Shown: positions 19,160-29,358 of the stretch, piece by piece
Layout of the letters: each line of letters opens with the position of its first letter
Position numbering within the stretch: position 1 is the first letter of the stretch
Virus record (IMG/VR): IMGVR_UViG_3300037261_000044
Location: 31,228-95,227 of that record
Source of the DNA: a virus
DNA length: 64,000 bases
Direction: 5' to 3' (one strand)
The notes under the pieces: generated by a model
What the model saw: the letters and a program-made list of their open reading frames with translations, nothing else
Told to the model about the DNA's origin: nothing
Database searches by the model: none
Translations under genes and position numbers: made by a program

Positions 19160-19810
19160 GTGAAGAAAATCATCATCGGGCTGGCACTGGGCTTGGCACT
19201 CATCGGTGCTCTAATCTTTGGCGCTAGGCAGGTTTCGTGGACGAATAACAGTTCGGGCGGTGCGGCAACAGCGGCACCGGTTCCTCTCCCGGCGGCATGG
19301 TTCAACAACGGAGACGAGTCGTACGGTGCACTGATGCGCAACTCGAATCACTGGGAGTGGGAGTTGACGCTCTCTATCTCTGAGATTCTACTGCTCGATG
19401 TGTTCATAGGGTTGATAGTGTGGCCGCGCATACACCGCGACATCAAGCGGCATGGAGTCAAGCCCGCCCACGGTGACTTCTACTGCAATGACCCGGCGCA
19501 CGACTGCGACTACCAAGACGTGACGTTGCCCAGCCTTGCCCAGCGCATCGAGCGCCTAGAGTCTGAGTCAGCAACAGCGTTCGCACGCGGGCATGCGGCG
19601 GCTGTAAGAGAGGATGCCGACCTGCGCTCTGGGAAGACCGGCGCGCGGCTCCGTGCCGAGGCGTGCCCTCACGGAGTAACGCCCGACATCTGTGGCATGT
19701 GCCACCCGGAAAACTTCGCCGGTATCGCCACCAAGGTCTCCCGCAACGACATCGTAGGTACTGAAGTCATCCACGCGCGCACGGATGATTGGTGGCCCGG
19801 AAATCCCTGA
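19160..19810 (+). CDS. membrane protein
   Basis: N-terminal hydrophobic helix plus a second TM segment; GGAG RBS. Confidence 0.7.
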   Translation: MKKIIIGLALGLALIGALIFGARQVSWTNNSSGGAATAAPVPLPAAWFNNGDESYGALMRNSNHWEWELTLSISEILLLDVFIGLIVWPRIHRDIKRHGVKPAHGDFYCNDPAHDCDYQDVTLPSLAQRIERLESESATAFARGHAAAVREDADLRSGKTGARLRAEACPHGVTPDICGMCHPENFAGIATKVSRNDIVGTEVIHARTDDWWPGNP

Positions 19811-22800
19811 TGGAAGATTTTCCGTACGCCTGCAAACATCGCTCTCAGACCGTCTCTCCCCTGACCCCTGAAGGTTGGTGGGAGAGTCGCGTTAATGACG
19901 ACCAGCCGCGCATGCTGGTCATCACCGGCTGGCCCAACAAGGACGAGATGGAGCGGGGCCGGATGAACGAAGGGAAGGTCAAGCGTAAGCTGGGCCAGAT
20001 GTTTGCACGCGCCGGAGTCCCCATGGGGCAGGTCGCGTTCGCGCCGCTCCTGTGCTGGCGTCCTGACACCGACCGCGAGCCGACCGAGAAGGAAGTCGCG
20101 GAGTGCCGCGCCCACCTCCTTGACTACGTTGATGACCTGAATCCTAACGTCATTCTGACCATGGGCGTCCCGGCGCTCGACGGCTGCCACGAGCCGCTGT
20201 CCATCTACATGCGCCGGGGCGAGGTCTTCAAGTCCAAGGTCTTCGGCAAGAAGCTGGTACCGACGTTTGCGCCGGGGCTGGTGCTGCGGGAGTGGGACAA
20301 GCAGAAGACGATAGAGCATGACCTCCGGCGCGCATGGGAGCAGGCGCAGACGCCGGAGTTCCCGCTGGGTCTGGGCGACGACTACTTCGTGTGCATCACG
20401 CCGGAGGAAGTGAAGGGCGCGCTTGACTACCTGACTGACCGGCCCATCGCCTCCTTCGACATCGAGACTGAGGGCTTCAATCTCTTTGAGCAAGATGAGA
20501 TTCTGTGCGTGCAGATTTCCAGCAAGACCGGGGAAGGCTTCGTCTTCCCGCTGCGCGGCGCGTGGGCGCGGCACAAGAAAGACAAGTACGCGGACTGGCA
20601 GCTTGAGCATGGCATCTGGGGCGAGGGCAAGAACGAGCACGGGCAGGTCAAGCGCGTCCTGTTCGATGGCGAGTCCATGGCGAACCATGAGCGCGACAAG
20701 CGCCGCAAGGTCAAGGTCTTCCACCCGGCGTTCCCGACTGGGAGCGTCATCTGCCAGACGCCGGACGCGCACAATCCATACAGCCCTGCGTACGAGAAGC
20801 AGCAGCACATCTGCCGGGGCACCGTCACCAATGTTTTGCGTGGTGCCCTAGAGCCGTGCACGATGCCGGGTCAGATGCTCGGCAAGGAAGTCCCGCACGA
20901 TTATAATGTCATCGCCGGAATGCTGCGCGATTGGCTGCAAGGGCAGACCAAGAAGGCCGCACAGAACGGTAAGTTCGACGTGAAGGGTCTGCTGTACCAA
21001 CTCGGCATCAAGGTCGAGAACTTTGTGTTCGACACCATCCTCGCGTACCACATCATTCACGAAGAGTTCCCGCACGACCTCGATACCATTCGTTCGTTCG
21101 TCACGTGGATGCCGCGCTACAACGAGTACCTGAAGACGTTCGTGCCATCGAAGAAGCACTCGTTCGCGCTGGTGCCCAATGAGGTGCTGTGGACGTACGG
21201 TGCCGCCGACGCCGACTGTGAGTTCCGCATCATCGAGCCGCTGATGGAGTGGCTGCTGGAAGACAATCCGGCGGATGGGCAGTGGCTCTTCGACAACATC
21301 GCGATGCCGCTGCAACGCACGCTCACGCAGATTGAGGGCAACGGCATCCTCGTCAACCGCGACCGGCTGACGCAACTCAGCCAGTGGTACCGCGAGAAGA
21401 TTGACTCGCTGCGCACGCTGCTCTCCGAGATGGCGCACGACGACGGTTTCACCGAACCCGAGAAGTGGCACAACGACAACGACCTTCGCGAGTGGATGTT
21501 CAAGGCCGACTACGAGCACGAGGTGCGCAAGGGTACGCTCCATACGTGCAAGGCGTGCCACGGCAAGGACTGGGAACTCTGCGAAGAGTGCGTGGAAGGC
21601 AAGGTACCGGGCCGGGAGCCGGAGATGGTCGCGTGCAAGGGCATCAACTTCCCGACGTACATGGCGTGGAAGTCGAAGAAGACCGGCCAGCCATCCACCG
21701 GCAAGAAGTCATTCGCCGCGCTGCGTGCGTGGTGCCGGGAAGAGTTCAAGTACACGATGCGCCAGACCGGCAACCGCCGCGACGGCACGCCCATCATGTC
21801 GCGCTTCATCACGAAGACGGAACTGAAGCCCAGCGCCCGCGCATACCGCGCCCGCATGGCTGAGTACCTTGATGCCATCGAGCAGTTGAAGAAGTGCATC
21901 AAGGCGAAGAATCAGTTCCTCGATGGCGACGACGAGAAGCAGGTCGTGGGCGCGAAGGCGCTGCTGGCGCACATCAAGCGCGACGGGCGCGTGCACACGA
22001 CCTTCAACCAACTGGTCGAGACGGCACGCCTGTCGTCCCGCGACCCGAACATGCAGAACCAGACGAACTCCGGCGAGTGCGGCATTCACCAAGAACAGGG
22101 CGTGCGATGTCCAGCCGGATGTCCCGGCGAGTACCGGCACTACAGCATCCGGTCGATGTACACCGTCAAGGAGGGTTGTAAGTGGGTCGCCGCTGACTAC
22201 CGGTCAGAGGAAGTCCGCATCATGGCGTACCTTGCGGGCGATATGAAGCTGCTGGAAGCGACCATGACGTGCTACGGGCCGAAGAAGGTCGGTGGCTGCG
22301 GCCTCGTCTTCCTCCCAACTGAGGACGACCCGGAGCGCCCGCTCAAGATGCTCAAGCACGAGCGTGACGAGGGCCATGTCGCCGCTGATGTCCACCAGTG
22401 GGTGGCGTCGCAGGTCTTCGGCGTCGCCTACGATGCCGTCACCAAAGAGCAGCGCCGCCAGTGCAAGAGCGTCACCTTCGGCATCGCCTACGGGCAGTCG
22501 GAGATGGGTCTGGCCGATGCGCTGGGCTGGACGGTGGAGCGCGCCGCCGCGCTCATCAAGCTGTACTTCCAGACCTTTCCCGACCTCGCCAAGTACCAGA
22601 AGAAGTGTGAGGGCGGCACGTTCCACGGCATGGACAGCATCAACGGCTTCGGTCGCAAGCGCCACACATTCGGCCCGGTCGAGATGAAGCCGTACGTCCG
22701 GGAGTGGGACTGGAAGAAGGTCGTCAACGCGATGTCGCGGGAACGCCTGAACTTCCCGACGCAGAGCACTGCCGCCGAGGTCATCAGCCTTGTCACCATC

Positions 22801-23154
22801 GCGCTGGGCGACGTGTGGGGCTATGAGACCGGGGAGAACACGGTCGCCCACCGGCTGGGCAAGCAACTGTGCGGCGGCGTCGCCCCGGCGCTGACCTTGC
22901 GCGACCTCGCCATCTCGATTATTCTGACAGTACACGACGCCCTTGAGTTCGAGTGCCCGGAAGAGCACGTCGAGCGCCTGTGCGGCATCATCGAGGATGT
23001 GATGGTGGGCATTCCGTGGAAAATCTTGGGTTGGTTTTTGCCTGTTGACATTTCGGTAGGTCGTTACTGGGACGACACGCACGACGAGGATGAGTATGCG
23101 GCAGAACGAGAAGCGTTCGATGTGCCTGACGATGAAGCCGAAGAAGCAGCATGA
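19810..23154 (+). CDS. polA: family A DNA polymerase with N-terminal UDG family 4-like domain and 3'-5' exonuclease
   Basis: UDG-like (CWRPD..REPT..EVAEC, LNPNVILTMG); Exo FDIETEG, QNGKFD, YGAADA; RLSSRDPNMQN; motif A AADYRSEEVR; B RRQCKSVTFGIAYG; C TVHDAL. Confidence 0.95.
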   Translation: MEDFPYACKHRSQTVSPLTPEGWWESRVNDDQPRMLVITGWPNKDEMERGRMNEGKVKRKLGQMFARAGVPMGQVAFAPLLCWRPDTDREPTEKEVAECRAHLLDYVDDLNPNVILTMGVPALDGCHEPLSIYMRRGEVFKSKVFGKKLVPTFAPGLVLREWDKQKTIEHDLRRAWEQAQTPEFPLGLGDDYFVCITPEEVKGALDYLTDRPIASFDIETEGFNLFEQDEILCVQISSKTGEGFVFPLRGAWARHKKDKYADWQLEHGIWGEGKNEHGQVKRVLFDGESMANHERDKRRKVKVFHPAFPTGSVICQTPDAHNPYSPAYEKQQHICRGTVTNVLRGALEPCTMPGQMLGKEVPHDYNVIAGMLRDWLQGQTKKAAQNGKFDVKGLLYQLGIKVENFVFDTILAYHIIHEEFPHDLDTIRSFVTWMPRYNEYLKTFVPSKKHSFALVPNEVLWTYGAADADCEFRIIEPLMEWLLEDNPADGQWLFDNIAMPLQRTLTQIEGNGILVNRDRLTQLSQWYREKIDSLRTLLSEMAHDDGFTEPEKWHNDNDLREWMFKADYEHEVRKGTLHTCKACHGKDWELCEECVEGKVPGREPEMVACKGINFPTYMAWKSKKTGQPSTGKKSFAALRAWCREEFKYTMRQTGNRRDGTPIMSRFITKTELKPSARAYRARMAEYLDAIEQLKKCIKAKNQFLDGDDEKQVVGAKALLAHIKRDGRVHTTFNQLVETARLSSRDPNMQNQTNSGECGIHQEQGVRCPAGCPGEYRHYSIRSMYTVKEGCKWVAADYRSEEVRIMAYLAGDMKLLEATMTCYGPKKVGGCGLVFLPTEDDPERPLKMLKHERDEGHVAADVHQWVASQVFGVAYDAVTKEQRRQCKSVTFGIAYGQSEMGLADALGWTVERAAALIKLYFQTFPDLAKYQKKCEGGTFHGMDSINGFGRKRHTFGPVEMKPYVREWDWKKVVNAMSRERLNFPTQSTAAEVISLVTIALGDVWGYETGENTVAHRLGKQLCGGVAPALTLRDLAISIILTVHDALEFECPEEHVERLCGIIEDVMVGIPWKILGWFLPVDISVGRYWDDTHDEDEYAAEREAFDVPDDEAEEAA

Positions 23155-23543
23155 AATCTGAGGCTGCTAGGCGGGCCAACTTGAAGTGGCGTACCACTCA
23201 TCCCGGAGCGCACGAGGCGTACAACCATCAATGGCGTAAGGATAGGAGACTGCGACTCATTGACATGCTTGGCGGAAAGTGTGTACGCTGTGGGTTCAAG
23301 GAGCACCCGATGGCTCTGGACTTTGACCACATCGACCCAGAGTCAAAGTTGTTCACCATCAGCAATCATCTCAATCGCTCTTGGGAACGACTCGTTGCAG
23401 AAGTGAAGAAATGCCGGATTCTGTGTGCTAACTGCCACAGGATTCGGACACATGTGCACGGATTAGCGCGCTTCGCTGGCCGAAGCCGGAGTATTCGATA
23501 TGAAGACCGACATCATCTGGGACATCGACGGTGTGCTCTCTGA
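23151..23543 (+). CDS. HNH endonuclease
   Basis: GGKCVRCG...LDFDHIDP...KCRILCANCHR. Confidence 0.9.
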   Translation: MKSEAARRANLKWRTTHPGAHEAYNHQWRKDRRLRLIDMLGGKCVRCGFKEHPMALDFDHIDPESKLFTISNHLNRSWERLVAEVKKCRILCANCHRIRTHVHGLARFAGRSRSIRYEDRHHLGHRRCAL

Positions 23544-24150
23544 CTTCACGCTGGGGTTCAAGAAGTTCATCAACGAGCGCCATCGCATCCCGGTCGCCCC
23601 GTGCGGCGCGAAGAAGTCGTGGGCCTTTCGCGGCCTCGCTCCTGCTGAGGAAGTGGATATGTGGCAGCAGGCTGCCAGCGGAAAGTACGACTGGTCGCAG
23701 CAGGGCAGTCTGCTCACCGCCGGGGACTGGCAGGGCATTCGCGACCTGAAGGAAGGTGGCGCGACGTATTGGTACATCACCAGTCGGTTCGGCCCGCCGT
23801 CACAGGTCATCGCCCAGACCCAGCAATGGTTGTCCGACCAAGGGTTCCCGGATGTGGAGAACCTGTGTCTCACGATGGACAAGGTAGACTCCATCAAGTT
23901 CCACCCGGCGCACATCGACCCCATCGCGCTCATTGACGACGACATTCGCAACATCGTCTCATACGACGCGGCGTTCGGTGCGGGCCGCGTGTTCATCCGG
24001 GACTGGCAATATAATCGCGGACATGCGGTGTTTGCGGACTACGGCCACTCCATCGAGTCGGTCACGGCGCTGTCGTGCAACCGGGTGTCTTCGGTTTCGG
24101 AGTTCTGCTACAAGGCGCTTGAGAACATCGACGGCATCGACAGGGGATAA
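23500..24150 (+). CDS. HAD-family 5'(3')-deoxyribonucleotidase
   Basis: WDIDGVLSDF, ITSR, T..WL, DK, LIDD, YNR. Confidence 0.88.
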   Translation: MKTDIIWDIDGVLSDFTLGFKKFINERHRIPVAPCGAKKSWAFRGLAPAEEVDMWQQAASGKYDWSQQGSLLTAGDWQGIRDLKEGGATYWYITSRFGPPSQVIAQTQQWLSDQGFPDVENLCLTMDKVDSIKFHPAHIDPIALIDDDIRNIVSYDAAFGAGRVFIRDWQYNRGHAVFADYGHSIESVTALSCNRVSSVSEFCYKALENIDGIDRG

Positions 24151-24152
24151 CC

Positions 24153-24542
24153 ATGGGACTGTTCAAGAAGAAGACTCCACCCGCCCCGAAGACCGGCTAC
24201 GTGCTGGTCGATGGCTCACGCGCCCTGCGCTACCTCACCGGCAAGAACGCCGGGAAGATTGTGCCGCAGGCGCACTACGAGCCGAAAGAGCAAGTGTGCG
24301 CCCGGTGCACACTCCCGAGCTACTCCGGCTTGCCGCCATTCATCACGGTGATGGGGTTCAATCCGAAGACCGGCGAGGCCATCGAGCAGTACGTGCACGA
24401 GCAGTGTCCGCGCGACCCGGCCAAACAGAAGGCTGCCATCGCTAAGTTTGCGGAGGTGAATGCCAAGTTCTACGCGGAGTTCAAGAAGCTGACGCCGCCG
24501 CGCCACTCCCCGAGCGAGTTCATGCGGATGTTCTCGCGATGA
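24153..24542 (+). CDS. hypothetical protein
   Basis: GGGGA RBS; operon packing. Confidence 0.7.
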   Translation: MGLFKKKTPPAPKTGYVLVDGSRALRYLTGKNAGKIVPQAHYEPKEQVCARCTLPSYSGLPPFITVMGFNPKTGEAIEQYVHEQCPRDPAKQKAAIAKFAEVNAKFYAEFKKLTPPRHSPSEFMRMFSR

Positions 24543-24674
24543 GGATGCTCGTGTGGTTCGCGCTGGCGCTGGCCGGAGTCGGCTACTGGTGGCATGTGCA
24601 ACGCCATGAGGTGAAGCGCGACTACTGGACGGAGCAGGACGGCACGGATACGGCGACGACCGTGGCACGGCTCT

Positions 24675-25206
24675 ATGAAAAGAAGCGCTAACCCCTGCCA
24701 GTGTGACAGGGTGCATCTCTGGTGTGACGGGCAACCGTTCACCGGGATGCCTCCGGCGCGCTGGGAGGGTCACTGCACGGTGGTAGCTGACGACGACGAA
24801 GACCCGTTCTCTCCCGGCTGGCTGCTGGTCTATGAGTCCATCGGCGACAAGACCAGCAACGAGTGCGAGTATGCCGCAGTAATCTGGGCGTTAGAGTGGG
24901 CTGAGCGTCATACCCGCAACAACTACCATGTTATCACCGACAGCGAAGTGCTGGTCAAGCCACGTCGAGGGCGACTATCGGTGCCAGCCTAAGCTGCGGC
25001 CTTATCGCGACCGGGTGGTGGAACTGATTGAGGACACTGGGGCGCGGCTGACGTGGCAGGGGCGTGACTTCAACAAGGCCGGTTGGTACAATGCCGGGGT
25101 ACTGCTAGAGCGGGCGCGCCAGAAGCGCCTGCGGGACAAAGAGAATGGCGTCGTCAAGGTGAAGAAGCCGGTGAAGAACTGGTACAAGGGAGGTAAGACA
25201 TGCTGA
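24675..25206 (+). pseudogene. RNase HI-like protein split by a +1 frameshift at about 24960
   Basis: First frame WCDG, TSNECEYAA, ITDSEVLVK; next frame HVEGDYRC.PKL...LTWQGRDFNKAG. Confidence 0.75.
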
Positions 25207-26330
25207 CATGGAACTTCGTACAGGGCGCGGCGTCAATCGTCGGCTTCCTTGTGTTCATTATCGCGGCGTCGGTGCTCGGCAGCGCCGGTATTGCCGCCAT
25301 CATTCACTGGTTGGAGACTCGTCCAGCCAAGGACTGCGAGTGGGATAATTCGCCGTATTGCTGGACGCACGCCTGCGGCCCGTCTGACCAGTGCGACCTT
25401 GCGTCTTGTCCACACTGTGGCGACAACGTGAAGAGCGTGCGCCGCGTCATCACCGGCATCGCGCACTCTGAGCCGATACTCCCCGGCGAGACGCCTCTCG
25501 ACGCTATGAAGCGCGTGAAGTGCATCAACGGCGACCACACTCTGGCGGATTGTGTGGAAGGTTGCCCCCCAGTGAAGGAAACTGTGTTCGACCAGTACCA
25601 GCAGCTTCTTCGGGATACGGAAATCCCGGATGACATCGTGTTCCGCGTGCGGTTCGTTAACCCTCAGACGATGGCCTATGAATCCGACGTGGAAGGTTTG
25701 CGGGAAGTGCAGGAGCATCTGTCGAACGGCGACATCATTCACTACATGCGCGGCGAGCGAACGCACACGCACCCGGCAACGCTCGAAGATGACCCGCAGT
25801 TTCGGTCTGAGGACGCCGCCGCCACGTACGAGCATTACGAGCGTGCGGTGAACATCATCCTTGCTGTAGACATCATCATTCCTCACTGCGACAGCAGCGT
25901 GCTCCACGCTCCGGGTGAGTGTGTGTACTGCGACAAGCACCCGCAACTCCAACAGTGCCGGGAGGCGTACGGCATCAACTTCACCGGGAAGTATGACCCG
26001 AACAAGTTCCTGTGTCCGTCTGAAGCGCGGCGTCCGCTCGACATCATCGAGCGGTGGAGCGGGAACCGGAAGTATACGGAGTCGCCCATCGTTGAAGAGT
26101 TCCGCCGTGCACACGAGGCCGGTGAACTTCCTCCGTCGCTCTCCGGCGCGGATGTGGGCTGGGGATTCCCCGGAGATGTCGGTATGCAAGACCACGACCC
26201 CGAGGATGAGGGTGCTGACCCGGACTCGCCGCCGGAGAAGACCTGCACCATCCCGGAGTGCGACACGCCAACCGAGCGGCCCGGACAGCCTTGCGACCCA
26301 TGTCACGATGAACTCGGCGCAGGGCATTAA
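25200..26330 (+). CDS. membrane-anchored Cys/His-rich mosaic protein
   Basis: GGAGG RBS, N-terminal TM, PHCD..LHAPGECVYCD motif. Confidence 0.8.
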   Translation: MLTWNFVQGAASIVGFLVFIIAASVLGSAGIAAIIHWLETRPAKDCEWDNSPYCWTHACGPSDQCDLASCPHCGDNVKSVRRVITGIAHSEPILPGETPLDAMKRVKCINGDHTLADCVEGCPPVKETVFDQYQQLLRDTEIPDDIVFRVRFVNPQTMAYESDVEGLREVQEHLSNGDIIHYMRGERTHTHPATLEDDPQFRSEDAAATYEHYERAVNIILAVDIIIPHCDSSVLHAPGECVYCDKHPQLQQCREAYGINFTGKYDPNKFLCPSEARRPLDIIERWSGNRKYTESPIVEEFRRAHEAGELPPSLSGADVGWGFPGDVGMQDHDPEDEGADPDSPPEKTCTIPECDTPTERPGQPCDPCHDELGAGH

Positions 26331-26336
26331 GAAAGC

Positions 26337-26347
26337 GGTATACTGAA
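26337..26347 (+). promoter_or_regulatory. GGTATACTGAA leaderless promoter motif
   Basis: TATACT 4-7 nt before ATG; no RBS. Confidence 0.55.
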
Positions 26348-26348
26348 T

Positions 26349-27065
26349 ATGATGAAACCCACTGACAAACTCAGGTTCATTCGCCCCTTCGCCAGCGCCG
26401 AGTCGGTCTTCAACAAACCGACCGGCGTGCTGGATTTCCTCGATACTCTCATGGAGTTCGGCGCGGGCGTCTCCTTCGGTACATGGTACGCCGAAATCAA
26501 CCTCACCATCTTCTCGGTGAATCTCCGGTTGTGCCTGAACAACCCGCTGTCACTCGGCGTGAACTTCGGCGTAGCGGGTAGCTGGGTGTATCTCGGCTTC
26601 GGTTTGGAGCAGGACGACGACGCGGCGCGCCTGTTCAAAGAGGCTGAGGCCAAACGCGCCCGGTTCGTGACGGCGGTGCAGATGTGCAAGCCGGGGCAGA
26701 CCGTTGACGCCGCCGACTTCGAGCGTGAAGAGGCTAGGGCTGAACGCAAGAAGAAAGTCATCCGGGAGTTCCAACGCACATTCTGGAACCGGAACCGTGG
26801 TGACAGCGACGACATTCCGCTTGGTAACGAAACGTGGCTCGTCTTCAAACCGGAGGGTGTCTTCGTTGAGGTTCGCCCGGTAGAGGATGAGGGCGCATCC
26901 TACAGTGAAATCTTTCGTGGCCTGAGCGAAGAAGCATTGGCAGCCGGTACCGCAGCCGCCACCAAGCTGACGGCTGTAGTTGGTGTATCGCATGCAGGTG
27001 AGCGTGATGCGGAAGGTCGCATCATCGTCACCGAGCGCCAACCCGGCGAGTTCCCGGAAGTGTAA
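26349..27065 (+). CDS. hypothetical protein
   Basis: 238 aa ORF after the promoter motif. Confidence 0.75.
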   Translation: MMKPTDKLRFIRPFASAESVFNKPTGVLDFLDTLMEFGAGVSFGTWYAEINLTIFSVNLRLCLNNPLSLGVNFGVAGSWVYLGFGLEQDDDAARLFKEAEAKRARFVTAVQMCKPGQTVDAADFEREEARAERKKKVIREFQRTFWNRNRGDSDDIPLGNETWLVFKPEGVFVEVRPVEDEGASYSEIFRGLSEEALAAGTAAATKLTAVVGVSHAGERDAEGRIIVTERQPGEFPEV

Positions 27066-27538
27066 TGGAACCCAAGGCTGTACTCGGCAAGTTTGAGTTC
27101 CTTGAGCGCACGGTTGATACCGTGCTCAACACTATCATCTGGGAGTTCCTAGCTGATGGTGGTGACATGAGCGAAGAGTTCCTGTTTCAGGTGCCCTTCG
27201 ACCTGCGAAACCCGGCGCGCCACCTGCGCGACAATTTCCTGCTGCGGCATCGTTCCACGACGGAGCACGTCAGGGAGCAGTTCGCGGTCGTACGGTCGGC
27301 TGCGGCGCGTGAGGTCGGCGTGCACGACATGAGCATGGCGCGCAGCATCGGGGCCGGGAAGGAATTGCGGGAGGCATTCACTGCCGCCTGCGCCTTGCAC
27401 CCGGCATACAGCGCGATGCTGCTGGTGCTGTTCGATGAGGGCGACATAGACCGGCTGGTGTGGCAGTCACTCAGGCCGAGGGACTACTTCTACCCGGTGA
27501 TGTCGGTGGCGTTACCAGATGAAACTGACGAAGGCTAG
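27065..27538 (+). CDS. hypothetical protein
   Basis: TAATG coupling. Confidence 0.7.
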   Translation: MEPKAVLGKFEFLERTVDTVLNTIIWEFLADGGDMSEEFLFQVPFDLRNPARHLRDNFLLRHRSTTEHVREQFAVVRSAAAREVGVHDMSMARSIGAGKELREAFTAACALHPAYSAMLLVLFDEGDIDRLVWQSLRPRDYFYPVMSVALPDETDEG

Positions 27539-27813
27539 GCGGCGGGATGCCAAGCGCATCAAGGGTCAGCAGATGCGCGTCGATGGCAGGGGGCTGGTGA
27601 CAGACCTGCCGAATGAGAAGAAGCGGAAGATACGAAGGAGACGTAACGACCGAGGGTAAGCCGTGAGTAGGAAGCAGCCGGTACACACAGATAATCGCCT
27701 TTTCAACGGTACGTGGTCGTTTCTCCACCTCATCGCCGCCGCCCAGTGCGCGATGATTTTCATGCATCTGGGGAGTTCGCGCTACCACTGGATGCGCGCC
27801 ACAACGAAGGCTG

Positions 27814-28059
27814 ATGACGATGCCTGACCTCATCCCCGATAAGTCCTCCAACCAGTTCGTGGTCGTCGCTCCGCTCGGGTACAAGGTGACAGCGGTATGC
27901 GGCGTCGGCCATCCCGTGGCCTTTGCGCATCAGGACACTGACGCGAAGTACGTGCCGTTCTCAGTCAACGGCCAGATAGTCTGTTGCCAATGCCTCGCGC
28001 CGATTGTGGGGCTGGCCTGTAACCGTCCTCACCGGACATTCGAGGTCGAAGATGCCTGA
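27814..28059 (+). CDS. hypothetical Cys-containing protein
   Basis: CGVGH...CCQC. Confidence 0.6.
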   Translation: MTMPDLIPDKSSNQFVVVAPLGYKVTAVCGVGHPVAFAHQDTDAKYVPFSVNGQIVCCQCLAPIVGLACNRPHRTFEVEDA

Positions 28060-28295
28060 GCAGTCGCCCACCCAAACGCCGACACGCACCGAGCCACTGG
28101 TTGACCCGGACAAGCACTACTTCCCTGAGCGCCTGTGTCCCGCACAGCGCGGGGATGGAGAGAAATGGTCACGTCCGTAGCACGTAAGGTGTTGGTTGGT
28201 GCCATCTACAAGGTGAAGCAGTTCGGTGGCGGGAAGCGCTCGCACAAGTTGCTCACCAGTAAGCTAGTGCGTCAGCGCCTCAAGAGGTTAGACCG

Positions 28296-28967
28296 ATGAG
28301 ACAGACAGTCACCGTCCCGCAGGCCGTCATTGACGAGCACAGCCTTGTCGCGCAGGTGTACGCCGGGTACCTCGTTGGTCACCCCGTACGCGCCGCGCGC
28401 TATACCGTGCCTATCGCTACGCCGGGTGCCGTGGACATCGACTGGAAGTCGCCGTGGAAGGAACCAAACCCGGTGCAAGATGACTGCGCCTTCTGCCTGC
28501 GCCTGACCGACGATGAGGCTGTGCGCCGCGTCGCCGGGTTTCAGGCTGCCATCGACAAGGAAGTGCTCGGCACCAAGTACAAGCACCTGTCCGAGTGGGC
28601 GACAGAACGCGGCCTCGACAGCACCGACCATGCCGTGCGCCGCCAGTTCATCGCGGAGAACCAGTACGTCCCCCGGCCTGAGCATATCAGCGACTACGGT
28701 ACCCCGCGCCCTGCCGCCCCCAATGGGTGGAAGACCAAGGCCGCGCCTATTGTAGACCTGCCGCTGCGCCTCAAGCGTAAGCTGTGCATCGACTGGAACC
28801 ACGTGTACATGCGCTGGCTCGCGTCGATGGACAATCTGCACTATGACTTCGAGACCCGCGAGTTCTACCGAGACCTCGATGTGAGTCAGGAGTTCTACGA
28901 CGAGTTCGTGAACGGGGCCGACGACTCCGGTGCCTTCTGCTGGCCGGGGAGCATCGGCCATGTCTAG
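28296..28967 (+). CDS. hypothetical protein
   Basis: GAGG RBS; 223 aa. Confidence 0.75.
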   Translation: MRQTVTVPQAVIDEHSLVAQVYAGYLVGHPVRAARYTVPIATPGAVDIDWKSPWKEPNPVQDDCAFCLRLTDDEAVRRVAGFQAAIDKEVLGTKYKHLSEWATERGLDSTDHAVRRQFIAENQYVPRPEHISDYGTPRPAAPNGWKTKAAPIVDLPLRLKRKLCIDWNHVYMRWLASMDNLHYDFETREFYRDLDVSQEFYDEFVNGADDSGAFCWPGSIGHV

Positions 28968-29358
28968 CCGCATTCCGCTCAGCCACGTGCAGGCGCTCGG
29001 CTTGCGCGAAGCCATCCGCCCGCTCGGCATGCCGCCCGGTAGCCCTATTGAGGCCGGTCTGCTCATCGCCTTGCACGAGAAGATTCTGATGGTGCTGGTC
29101 GATTTCGATACCTCGAATGCCACCGTCCTTGAACTGGAACTGACGCGGGAGGATGTGCTGCTGATAAACCAGTTCCTCTCGCAGCAGGACGGCGACTGGG
29201 CGGCAGCAATCCTGCGGATGGCGCGACGCGCTCTGCACGAACTGCGAACTGGTATACTGCCAGCGTGGGCCGAAGACAACGAGGCCATATCGAAGATGAT
29301 GGAGAGGACTCAGGCAGATGGCACTCAAGATGCCGGGGCCGGTACTACTGGGTCTTAG
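28960..29358 (+). CDS. hypothetical protein
   Basis: GGGGAG RBS before MSSRIP. Confidence 0.7.
   Translation: MSSRIPLSHVQALGLREAIRPLGMPPGSPIEAGLLIALHEKILMVLVDFDTSNATVLELELTREDVLLINQFLSQQDGDWAAAILRMARRALHELRTGILPAWAEDNEAISKMMERTQADGTQDAGAGTTGS

Noticed and set aside
19810-23154. Inteins or introns in polA
   Set aside because: Inserts are short, in frame, and lack intein C...HN-[C/S/T] termini and intron cores
26086-26125. DGR template/variable repeat pair
   Set aside because: Only 40 bp, mismatches run in both directions, and no reverse transcriptase in the window
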